Below are positions 46,691 to 55,426 of a DNA stretch of 64,000 bases, piece by piece. Location of the stretch: assembly GCA_039208735.1 (NCBI GenBank), contig JBCCQY010000020.1:13944-77943 (forward strand). Reading direction: 5' to 3'. Position 1 is the stretch's first letter. Every line of letters begins with the position of its first letter. The stretch comes from Myxococcota bacterium. GTDB lineage: Bacteria; Myxococcota_A; UBA796; GCA-2862545. A program made the position numbers and the translations under genes. Below the pieces are notes generated by a model. That model worked only from the letters and a program-made list of their open reading frames with translations, was not told where the DNA came from and made no database searches.

Positions 46691-49165
46691 GTGCAGGCTC
46701 CGATGCTCCATGGCCGCGACGCCCTCCTGAACGCTCTCCGTGAGATGATTCGGCCGGGTTGCCGGGTGACGCTGATGGGCCCGGGAGGGGTGGGCAAGAC
46801 GAGGTTAGCCCAGGCGATCGCAGCCGAGGAGGGCCGCTTTGTGGCCCTGGCCGAAGTCCGAACCGTCGATGAGACCCGACGCGCGCTCGCCTACGAACTC
46901 GATTTGGACGGCGACCGCCTCGACGAGGCGCTTCGCGCGGCGGCGCCTACACGGCTGATTCTCGACAACTGTGAGCAGTTGGAACCCGAGGCCCTGGTCT
47001 GGCTGGAAGAGGTGTTGCCCGAGACCTGGCCCATCGTGGTGACCTCCCGCAGGTCACTGGACTGGGGGCGCGAATTTTGCTTCGAGGTACCTCCACTGTC
47101 GGGCGACGCAGCCCTTCAAGTGTTCCTGGATGCGGCACCGCGGCCGTTTGCCGACATGGGACACCCGGAGGCCCTTCTGCGGATCTTGGACCGCCTCGAG
47201 GGGTTGCCGCTGGCCCTTCGTCTGGCCGCGGGTCGCCTCGATGTCGTAGACCTGGCGACACTTGAACGGTTCCTCGATGAAGACTACCTCACGGTGCTCG
47301 CTGATCCCGATAACGGAGGCCGCCACGGGTCGATCGACCGGACCGTCGCGTGGTCGTGGGACCCGCTGGACCCGCGACATCAACGCGCGCTGCTGGCGTG
47401 CGTCGCTCTTGGGGGGCCCTTCGACCTCGAAGCGGCCCACGCCTTGCTCGAGCGTCCCTTGGATGACCTACACGCCCTCACCCGGCGGCACCTTGTTGAG
47501 GTTGGGGAGGGTCGCTACCGCGTTCCAGAGCCGGTCCGGCAGTTTGCGCTCGGTCGACTCGTATCCTCTCCAGGTGCGGACTCCATTTACGCTCGGGTGG
47601 ATGACTGGTGGGCGACCTGTGTGGCGGGGTGGCTCCAGCGACTTCACGGCCCGCACCACGCGGCGACCCTTGCGGCAGCCACGAGGTCCTTCGGAGGGTT
47701 GACCCGGCTTGTTGGTCATGGAACTCCCGATCGCGCTCGAAACGCCTTTGCGGTGCTCGCCGAGGTTGTGGAGGTGCGAGGGCCCGCCACCGAAGGGCTG
47801 CGCTGGGCGAGCTGCCTGATCTCGCGTACGCCCTCGGCCGATGCCCGAGCCGAGGCGCTCGCCTGGCGGAGCCGGTGGCATCGTCGGCTCGGGGCGGTCG
47901 AAGAAGCGACCGCCGACGCCGATGCCGCGATAGAAACCGCATCTGAGGGGGATGCGGGGGCTCGGTCGCGGATGGAACGGGCGGCTCTTCGTTTGCAGCG
48001 AGGACTCTCGGATGCGGGCCTTCGTCGAGCAGAACTCGAAGGCGCGTTGGCGATGGCCCAGTCGCCTGCATTGCGTGCGACCTTGCTCGCTCACCGCGCG
48101 TTGGCGTTGCACGACACGCTGTCCATCGGTGAGGCGGGTCTTGTCGATGCGACGTTAGCCCAAGCGCTCGCCATTGCGACCGAACTGGGCTGTCCGGCGG
48201 TGCAGCTTCAGGTGCACGCCCAGGCCGGCACGATTCACCTCGAGCGCGCCGTCGATCCCGTTCCTACACAGCGCCACTTGACCCGGGCCCTCGAACTCGC
48301 CACGACCCTCGGTCGACGGAGAAAGCAGGGCTTTCTCTTTGGTCAACTGGCCCTCGCCATCGAGGCCAGCGACCCGGATGTTGCATTATCCAAGTACGAC
48401 AAAGCCATTCAGCGACTCCGGGAAGCCGGCGACCCGGTCAGTGCCGCGACGTGGATGGGCATGCGTTCGCGGACCGAGCTGCTCACGGGGGATCCCGCTC
48501 GGGCTCGTCGAGACCTGCGACAGAGCCTGGGTTGGCTCGAACGCGCGGGGGACGCGCGCATCGGTTGGTATCTGCGGCTGCTCCTGGCGGCCGAGTCGAT
48601 GGCCCGCGGGAACCCTGCCCCCTTCGTCGACTTCGTGGACCGAGCGCCACCGGTCCGTGACAAGGAAGGGTTCTGCTGTGACGTGGTGGCCGCGCTTGAC
48701 GAGGGGCTAAGTGCGGCGGAGGCTCACGATGAAGGCGGCCGTCAGACCGCCCTCGCGAAGGTGGCAGAGTTCGCGGCGATGTCGCACCTACACGAGGTTC
48801 ACACGTTGGCCGGCTGGGTGATGCAGCGGCTTGAAGAGGCTCCTCGGTGGTGGCGAATCGAGGTGAGGGGGCGGTGGCATATGCCGCCTGGTGCCTCCCG
48901 CCAGCCTGTCAAAGGAGCCGCCAACCAACGGGTGCTTGCCTATCTGGCTACCTTACGGCAGGACGAACCGGGAGCCGAAGCCGACACCGAAGCGCTGGCT
49001 GCTGCGGGCTGGCCGGGGGAGCGGCTTGTGGCCAAGGCGGCGGGAAACCGGGTGCGCGTCGCGCTATCGACCTTGCGCCGGGCCGGGCTGACGGCATGGA
49101 TCGAGCGTGGTGACCAGGGTTGGTATCTCGCGATGACCCACCCCATTCGACGCATTCAGGAATAG
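46691..49165 (+). CDS. NB-ARC/STAND ATPase - TPR protein with C-terminal wHTH
   Basis: GPGGVGKT, ILDNCE, LEGLPLALRLAA; C-terminal GWPGE...NRVRVALSTLRRAGL...GWYL. Start GTG 46691 or ATG 46703. Confidence 0.85.
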   Translation: MQAPMLHGRDALLNALREMIRPGCRVTLMGPGGVGKTRLAQAIAAEEGRFVALAEVRTVDETRRALAYELDLDGDRLDEALRAAAPTRLILDNCEQLEPEALVWLEEVLPETWPIVVTSRRSLDWGREFCFEVPPLSGDAALQVFLDAAPRPFADMGHPEALLRILDRLEGLPLALRLAAGRLDVVDLATLERFLDEDYLTVLADPDNGGRHGSIDRTVAWSWDPLDPRHQRALLACVALGGPFDLEAAHALLERPLDDLHALTRRHLVEVGEGRYRVPEPVRQFALGRLVSSPGADSIYARVDDWWATCVAGWLQRLHGPHHAATLAAATRSFGGLTRLVGHGTPDRARNAFAVLAEVVEVRGPATEGLRWASCLISRTPSADARAEALAWRSRWHRRLGAVEEATADADAAIETASEGDAGARSRMERAALRLQRGLSDAGLRRAELEGALAMAQSPALRATLLAHRALALHDTLSIGEAGLVDATLAQALAIATELGCPAVQLQVHAQAGTIHLERAVDPVPTQRHLTRALELATTLGRRRKQGFLFGQLALAIEASDPDVALSKYDKAIQRLREAGDPVSAATWMGMRSRTELLTGDPARARRDLRQSLGWLERAGDARIGWYLRLLLAAESMARGNPAPFVDFVDRAPPVRDKEGFCCDVVAALDEGLSAAEAHDEGGRQTALAKVAEFAAMSHLHEVHTLAGWVMQRLEEAPRWWRIEVRGRWHMPPGASRQPVKGAANQRVLAYLATLRQDEPGAEADTEALAAAGWPGERLVAKAAGNRVRVALSTLRRAGLTAWIERGDQGWYLAMTHPIRRIQE

Positions 49166-49277
49166 CGTGACGCGTATTCAGCTCTGCAACCTCTGGTTTT
49201 TCCAGAGTCGCAACGTCGATGGCGGGGGCGGCTCCGATCGTGCATACTCCTAGGCTTGCGAGGGGCAACCGAGGTCC

Positions 49278-50468
49278 ATGGTGGGATGGCTTGTCGCGGT
49301 ACTGATCGCGTCTGGATGGTCGGCGCCGTTGGTGGAACTCCCGCCACAGGCCGACGCATCCTTGTGGCGTGTCCCGCTTGAGGACGCTGGCCTCGACTTG
49401 GCCCTTGACGGTGATGAAGCGGAGATCGTTCTTTGGGCGGCCCCCGAGACGTGGAAGGTGGAGGTGCGCCCTCGGGATGGCTCGTCGCGGCTCACGACCG
49501 TGCCCGCCCCAAGAACCCGCGCGGACCGCGCCGGAATCGCGTGGCTCGCCGCGTCGTTGCTCGACGACGTCGTGCGAGCGCCCCTGCTCCCTACGTCGGC
49601 GGTTTCGAACGTGCCGGTGGCCCCACCGGCCCCTCGCCGGACGCCGGAGGTGGCGCCCGAGCGTCCATCCGTGCCGAAGAGGGCGGTGACGGCCGCTCCC
49701 CCGCCGCCCCGGCCGCCTCCGCCTCCGCCGGCCCCGGTTCCTTCTCGCTCGACGGTCCCGTCTTCGCGGCCGACGGTCGAGCCGAGGGAACCGACCCGAC
49801 TTGCGACTTCGGAAGCTACGCCACGGCCTGAAGACGCCCCAGAACGGTCTACCGCACGCAGGAAACTGAAGGTTCGGCGTCCGAAGCGACAGAAGCCAAA
49901 CCAGGATGAGGACCCACCCCCGGGGCCACGCCGGTCTCCGGTACGATCGACCGTCGCGGGCACGCTCGGAGCGGTAGGTCGGGCTGAAGCAGGCTGGGTG
50001 CCTAGGGCCGAACTGGCTTTCGGCGCCCAACTCCCCAGCCGGTGGCATTTCCTTGGCACCATCGCCACGAGCGGCGTGGCCCGACCTCGCGACGCGCCCT
50101 CGGCCCGAGGGCCCATCATGCCGGAGACGGGAGTTCGGATGGGCTGGTCTTCGGCTGGTGAATGGAGACCTGAGGTTGGCGTGATCGGAGGGTTTACCGA
50201 GCACCGCTATCGGGAGGGCGACCGCACGGTGGCCCAGGGATGGGTCCCTTGGGTGGGTGGACGACTCGCGATCGCCCAGGCCATCTCGGAATCTTCTGGG
50301 TCGAGCGAGCCGGATCCCTGGTTCGTCGGCGCAGAGGTTCGGGTCATGCGCGATCTCCGTCGGGTGGATCTCGTCGTGGCGGATCGAACCTCCCAGCTCG
50401 CCCCCCTTCGGATCACGGTCAGCGCGTTCTTTTCGTGGACGAGCCCCCGATCTGATCCCGACAAGTGA
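49278..50468 (+). CDS. secreted Pro-rich protein with probable C-terminal outer-membrane beta-barrel
   Basis: Signal peptide, long Pro-rich linker, amphipathic beta-strands; first gene of an ECF/FecR cluster. Confidence 0.7.
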   Translation: MVGWLVAVLIASGWSAPLVELPPQADASLWRVPLEDAGLDLALDGDEAEIVLWAAPETWKVEVRPRDGSSRLTTVPAPRTRADRAGIAWLAASLLDDVVRAPLLPTSAVSNVPVAPPAPRRTPEVAPERPSVPKRAVTAAPPPPRPPPPPPAPVPSRSTVPSSRPTVEPREPTRLATSEATPRPEDAPERSTARRKLKVRRPKRQKPNQDEDPPPGPRRSPVRSTVAGTLGAVGRAEAGWVPRAELAFGAQLPSRWHFLGTIATSGVARPRDAPSARGPIMPETGVRMGWSSAGEWRPEVGVIGGFTEHRYREGDRTVAQGWVPWVGGRLAIAQAISESSGSSEPDPWFVGAEVRVMRDLRRVDLVVADRTSQLAPLRITVSAFFSWTSPRSDPDK

Positions 50469-50504
50469 TCCAAATCCGAGCGTGGTGGCTCCTCTGTCAT
50501 TGTC

Positions 50505-51071
50505 ATGTCGCTACCTGCAACCGATCCTGATCTCATCCGCGCCGCGTGCCACGACCCGTCGGCACTGGACCGCGTACTCGAACGGTGGTTGCCACACATC
50601 CTCGGGTGGTGTGGGCGCCTCGGCGGACCAGACGTTGACGCAGAGGACCTCGCCCATGACGTGTGCTTGCGGGTCGTGGACCGGCTGGCCCAGCTTCGGG
50701 ACCCGGTGGCGTTTCCGTCGTGGCTTTACCAGATCACGCGCGACACGGTCCGCAAGCATCGGCAGCGTCGGGAACGATGGTTTCGGTTGCAGTGGCGCTT
50801 GCCCCGCTTCTCGACGGTAGGCCCACCTGACCCCGACCACGCGCTGGGCAAGATCGTCCTGAGGCTTCTCCAGGAGCTTCCCGAGGCCCAACGCGATGTC
50901 GTCGTGCTCTGCCATGTAGAGGAGCGCAGCCGGGAGGAGGTCGCAGCGCTGCTCAGCATCCCCCTTGGAACCGTGAAGAGTCGCCTTCGGCTGGGCACCG
51001 CCCGGTTCCGACAGCTCGCGATCGAAGCGGGACTCGAGGCGGAACTGCGGGAGGCGGCGGGATGGCCTTAG
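50505..51071 (+). CDS. ECF RNA polymerase sigma factor
   Basis: DAEDLAHDV, FPSWLYQIT, EEVAALLSIPLGTVKSRLR. Confidence 0.93.
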   Translation: MSLPATDPDLIRAACHDPSALDRVLERWLPHILGWCGRLGGPDVDAEDLAHDVCLRVVDRLAQLRDPVAFPSWLYQITRDTVRKHRQRRERWFRLQWRLPRFSTVGPPDPDHALGKIVLRLLQELPEAQRDVVVLCHVEERSREEVAALLSIPLGTVKSRLRLGTARFRQLAIEAGLEAELREAAGWP

Positions 51072-51967
51072 GCGACCTGTTTCAAGCCGCGAAGAAGGCT
51101 TCGGAGCCGCCCCCCGGAGCCGCGGACCGCATCCGGGAGCGCGTGCGCGATGCGGAAGGGCACGATCCCGGTGTGGCGGGAGTGCTGGCCGGCGTGGGGG
51201 CTCCCGACCCAACCGCGTCGCATCGCGTAATGGCGAGGCTGCGCAGCGCGCGGAGGCGACGTGGACCGCTCCTCGCCGCGGGACTGGGGTTCGCGAGCGT
51301 CCTGATGGCGTTCTTCGCGAGCCTCTCTTCGAGTCCGCCTCAGGCCCTCAATACCACCTTGCACGCCACGGAAGGCCCCCTCACTCTGCTTACCGACACG
51401 GTGTCGGTGGCCGTTGACGGGAACGGTCATGTGCGAGGCACCGATATCGAACCTGTGATCACGTGGGAGCGTGGGCGGTTGGTTGTCTATGTGACGCCGA
51501 ACGCGGGCATCCGCTTGGTTGTCGACACGCCCGAGTCTCGCGTGACGGTGCTGGGCACCATGTTCGCGGTGGAGCGCGACCCAATCGGTACCTACGTCGA
51601 CGTCGCTAGGGGCACGGTTCAGGTGGAGTGCCGCAACGGCCCCACCTCTCGCTTGACCGCAGGCGACGACACGACGTGTTGGCCCGTCACGCCCTCGGGT
51701 CTGCTTGGCCGAGCGCGCACGCTCGAGCGCCGAGATGCTCCCGTGGCGGAGGTGATGGCCTCCCTCGAACGAGCGCTGATTCTCGACGGCCTTCCTGCGG
51801 TTCGCGGGGAGGTTCTGGCGCAGCTCGTACGTACGCTGCTTCAAGCCAACCGCCCTGCCGACGCCCGGCGTATCGCCCGTCAGTACCTCGATGAAGGTCA
51901 CTTGCCCCGACGTGATGAACTCACGTCATTCCTTGCCCATTCCCCACCGTCAGGAGTTGATCCATGA
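51062..51967 (+). CDS. FecR-domain anti-sigma factor with C-terminal TPR-like helices
   Basis: TM helix, VDTPESRVTVLGTMFAV, VDVARGTVQV. Confidence 0.85.
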   Translation: MALGDLFQAAKKASEPPPGAADRIRERVRDAEGHDPGVAGVLAGVGAPDPTASHRVMARLRSARRRRGPLLAAGLGFASVLMAFFASLSSSPPQALNTTLHATEGPLTLLTDTVSVAVDGNGHVRGTDIEPVITWERGRLVVYVTPNAGIRLVVDTPESRVTVLGTMFAVERDPIGTYVDVARGTVQVECRNGPTSRLTAGDDTTCWPVTPSGLLGRARTLERRDAPVAEVMASLERALILDGLPAVRGEVLAQLVRTLLQANRPADARRIARQYLDEGHLPRRDELTSFLAHSPPSGVDP

Positions 51968-53526
51968 CCCTTCGACAGACCTTGCCATGGCTGGGCTTCG
52001 CCCTTCTGTGGGCGTGTGACCCGCTCGTCGCCACGTTCGACGACGCCGATGGAGACGGGGTCGTCACTAGCCTCGACTGTGATGACTCCGACCCCGATGT
52101 TTTTCCGGGTAATGCCGATCCCCTTGGGGACGGGATCGACCAGAACTGCGATGGTTGGGACGGCGTGGCGGAGCTGATCGATCAGGACGGCGACGGATTC
52201 AACGTCCTCGACGACTGTGACGACGCGGATGGGTCGATCCATCCGGACGCCGACGACCCGGTGGGTGACGGGATCGATCAGAACTGCGATAGCGTGGATG
52301 GCATCGCGGGCGTCATCGACGCGGACGGAGATGGGTTTTCGCCCCCGCAGGACTGCGATGATGCCGATGCGAGCATCTACCCTGGGGCAAACGATTCGTT
52401 GGGTGACGGGATCGACCAGAACTGCGATGGGGTCGATGGGCTTGCGGGGGACCAAGACGGGGATGGGTTTTCGCCCCCGCAGGATTGCGACGATGCTGAT
52501 GCAAGCATCTTCCCCGGGGCCTTCGACGCGCTCGGCGATGGGGTGGACCAGAATTGCGATGGGGTCGATGGGCTTGTGGGAGATCAAGACGGGGATGGGT
52601 TTTCGCCCCCGCAGGATTGCGACGATGCCGATGTGAGCATCTTCCCTGGGGCCCTCGATCCGTTCGGCGATGGGGTGGACCAGAACTGCGATGGCGTCGA
52701 CGGCATTGCGGGCGGTGTAGACGCAGATGGAGATGGATTTGGTCCGGGCCAGGACTGCGACGAAAAGGACCCCTCCGTCTTCCCTGGCGCGCCCGACCTC
52801 CTGGGTGACGGCATTGACCAGGACTGCGACGGGGTGGATGGTTCCGCGAACTCCATCGACGCGGATGGCGACGGGTTTTCGCCCCCGATCGATTGCGACG
52901 ATGCCGATGCGAGCATTTTCCCTGGTGCAGCCGACTTCCTTGGTGATGGCATCGATCAGAATTGCGACGGGGTGGATGGTTCGGTGCAAGGCCCCGATGC
53001 AGATGGCGACGGTTTCCATCAGCCGCAGGATTGCAACGACAAAGATCCGACCGTCTTTCCCGGCGCACCTGACCCGTTGGGCGATGGCATTGACCAAGAC
53101 TGTGACGGAATGGATGGGGCAGCGAACGCCGTCGACGCAGACGGTGATGGCTTTTCACCCCCTTTCGATTGTGATGACGCCGATGCGAGCGTCTTTCCTG
53201 GTGCAGCCGACTCTATTGGTGACGGCATCGATCAGAACTGCGACGGAGTGGATGGCTCGGTCAACGACGCCGATGCCGATGGTTTTCTTCCTCCGCTCGA
53301 CTGTGATGACACGGATCCGCTGATCTTCCCTGGTGCGCCCGATCCCGTGGGGGATGGCATCGATCAGGACTGCGACGGGATGGATGGCCCAAACCCCAAC
53401 ATCGACAATGACGGCGACGGCTTCGTCGTTCCTCAAGATTGTGACGACACCGATGCCTCCATCTTCCCCGGGGCCCCAGACGCCCCGAAGGACGGCATCG
53501 ATTCCGATTGTGACGGCGTCACGTAG
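51964..53526 (+). CDS. lipoprotein made of 11 MopE-type putative metal-binding repeats
   Basis: Lipobox LWAC then 11 copies of DxDGDG...DCDD...PG...DGIDQNCDG. Confidence 0.9.
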   Translation: MTLRQTLPWLGFALLWACDPLVATFDDADGDGVVTSLDCDDSDPDVFPGNADPLGDGIDQNCDGWDGVAELIDQDGDGFNVLDDCDDADGSIHPDADDPVGDGIDQNCDSVDGIAGVIDADGDGFSPPQDCDDADASIYPGANDSLGDGIDQNCDGVDGLAGDQDGDGFSPPQDCDDADASIFPGAFDALGDGVDQNCDGVDGLVGDQDGDGFSPPQDCDDADVSIFPGALDPFGDGVDQNCDGVDGIAGGVDADGDGFGPGQDCDEKDPSVFPGAPDLLGDGIDQDCDGVDGSANSIDADGDGFSPPIDCDDADASIFPGAADFLGDGIDQNCDGVDGSVQGPDADGDGFHQPQDCNDKDPTVFPGAPDPLGDGIDQDCDGMDGAANAVDADGDGFSPPFDCDDADASVFPGAADSIGDGIDQNCDGVDGSVNDADADGFLPPLDCDDTDPLIFPGAPDPVGDGIDQDCDGMDGPNPNIDNDGDGFVVPQDCDDTDASIFPGAPDAPKDGIDSDCDGVT

Positions 53527-53572
53527 ACTTCAGACCGAGTCACGGGACTGAGGCCACCGCCTTGCCCAGAAG

Positions 53573-55396
53573 TCAGATGATGCCGTGTAGCGGACCGCCC
53601 GCCGCGCCCAAGGCATCGACCCGCCGGGTCACGTCGGGGTCCTCCACCAGCGGTGGCGCGTGATGAGGCTTGATGCGGGCGTCGAGCACCATCGAACCGC
53701 GACACATCCAGTGCTTGTGTTCAATGGTTTCGTCGACGCCAAAGATGTCGTGAGACGGGTTGGTTCGGGTGAACGTCACCCACAGAAAGTCGCGCAGTCG
53801 CTTTGAGACATCATCAGGGTCGTCGACGAGGACCACCCATGGCCAAGCCGTGTCTAGACCACGGAACGCGGGGTCTTCGGCGAGGGCGCTGGCCAACGCC
53901 CGAGCCCCGCCGGCTTCCCAGGCGGGCCCTCCCACCGCGAGCACACCCGGCATGACGAAGGCGGGACCTTTGAAACCGGAGGGCAGGGCTACCGTCGGTC
54001 GCTCGGTGCCGAGGGTCCGCTGCGGGGGACCCGCGGCTGCGATCACGAGCTTGGATCCTTCGTTGAGGCCGGTTCCCGAGTAGTCAAGGGTGTCGATCGT
54101 CGTTCGCGTTTGGAAGTGGAGGTCGCGACTCGGATCGAATCGTTCGAGAAGATGGCGGAAGAACGCGGGTAGATCGTGGATGTCGAGGTCGGGATTGTCC
54201 TGATGGGCCGTGATGAGCAGGAACTTTGCCAGAGAGGCTTGATTGAAGCCCAAAATGGCATTGGCCTGCGTCAGCAGCTCGCGAGGCATGCGTTCGCCAT
54301 AGGGCATGTAGCGCTCGCTGCCGATGGCCAAAAGCAACGGGTGAACGCCGGCAACGTCCACGGCATGCGTCGCATGAACCCCCGGCAGGGACACCGGGAC
54401 CATGTTGCGCACGAGTTCGCCAATCAGTTCACCGAAGTAGCTGTCTTCCTGGGGAGGACGGCCGACGATCGTGAACGGCCAAATGGCGTCCTTGCGATGG
54501 TAGACCCGCTCAACTCGCATGGCGGGAAAGTCGTGCGTCAGGCTGTAATAGCCGAGATGGTCTCCGAAGGGGCCCTCCGGACCTGTCTCGTCGCCGTTCA
54601 CGGTGCCGACAATGCAGAAATCGGCCTCGGCGGAAAGCACATGGCCACCTACCCGGGACCAGCGGAAACGACGTCCCGCCAGCATGCCGCCAAACACGAG
54701 TTCCGAGAGCCCTTCGGGCAGGGGCATGACCGCGGCAAAGGCGTGCGCCGGAGGACCACCCACAAAAATGCTGACTTTCAAAGGTTCGTTACGACGCATG
54801 GCGGCCGTGTGGTGAATACCGATGCCGCGGTGGATCTGGTAATGCAGCCCAATGCGGTCGTTCGTCCATTCGTTTCCCGTCAGCTGCACGCGGTACATGC
54901 CGACGTTAGCGTTCATCATGCCGGACTTATCTGGATCTTCGGTGAACACCTGGGGCAGCAAGACGTACGCTCCGCCGTCCATTGGCCACGATCGAATTGC
55001 GGGAAGCTGGTCGATCGTTGTCTGCTGCGCGGCCACCGGGGGCGACCCCACCTGCATGGGCAGCGACGTCAAGGCCGTGAAAGGCGCGCCAAGGTAGCGC
55101 AGCGGGTTGCGCAGGAGCACCCGAGGGTCGGCCCGGAGCTCCACCACCCGTTTGACCTTCTCGAGGGTGTGGCGGAAGAGAAAGTGCGTGCGCTCTGAAC
55201 TTCCGTACAGGTTACTCACCGCCGGAAAGGGGCTCCCTTTCACGCGCTCGAAGAGAAGAGCGGGGCCTCCGGCCTGAAACACACGCCGATGAACCTCAGC
55301 CATTTCAAGGTCCGGCTCCATCTCGGCCGAGATGCGCACGAGGTGACCGTTGCGCTCGAGATCGTCGACGACTTCGCGGGTGCTGCGGTAGCTCAT
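53573..55396 (-). CDS. ubiD: UbiD family (prFMN-dependent) decarboxylase
   Basis: GGPALLFERV, NVGMYRVQ, PEGPFGDHLGYYS, GRPPQED, DTLDYSG. Confidence 0.93.
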   Translation of the reverse strand: MSYRSTREVVDDLERNGHLVRISAEMEPDLEMAEVHRRVFQAGGPALLFERVKGSPFPAVSNLYGSSERTHFLFRHTLEKVKRVVELRADPRVLLRNPLRYLGAPFTALTSLPMQVGSPPVAAQQTTIDQLPAIRSWPMDGGAYVLLPQVFTEDPDKSGMMNANVGMYRVQLTGNEWTNDRIGLHYQIHRGIGIHHTAAMRRNEPLKVSIFVGGPPAHAFAAVMPLPEGLSELVFGGMLAGRRFRWSRVGGHVLSAEADFCIVGTVNGDETGPEGPFGDHLGYYSLTHDFPAMRVERVYHRKDAIWPFTIVGRPPQEDSYFGELIGELVRNMVPVSLPGVHATHAVDVAGVHPLLLAIGSERYMPYGERMPRELLTQANAILGFNQASLAKFLLITAHQDNPDLDIHDLPAFFRHLLERFDPSRDLHFQTRTTIDTLDYSGTGLNEGSKLVIAAAGPPQRTLGTERPTVALPSGFKGPAFVMPGVLAVGGPAWEAGGARALASALAEDPAFRGLDTAWPWVVLVDDPDDVSKRLRDFLWVTFTRTNPSHDIFGVDETIEHKHWMCRGSMVLDARIKPHHAPPLVEDPDVTRRVDALGAAGGPLHGII

Positions 55397-55426
55397 GCAA
55401 GGGCCGTATCTTCGACGTCGACACTC

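Noticed and set aside
48948..50204. 418-aa Arg-rich and 289-aa Gly-rich minus-strand ORFs
   Set aside because: Antisense of the Pro-rich plus-strand gene.
51898..53097. 399-aa minus-strand repeat ORF
   Set aside because: Shadow of the MopE-repeat lipoprotein.
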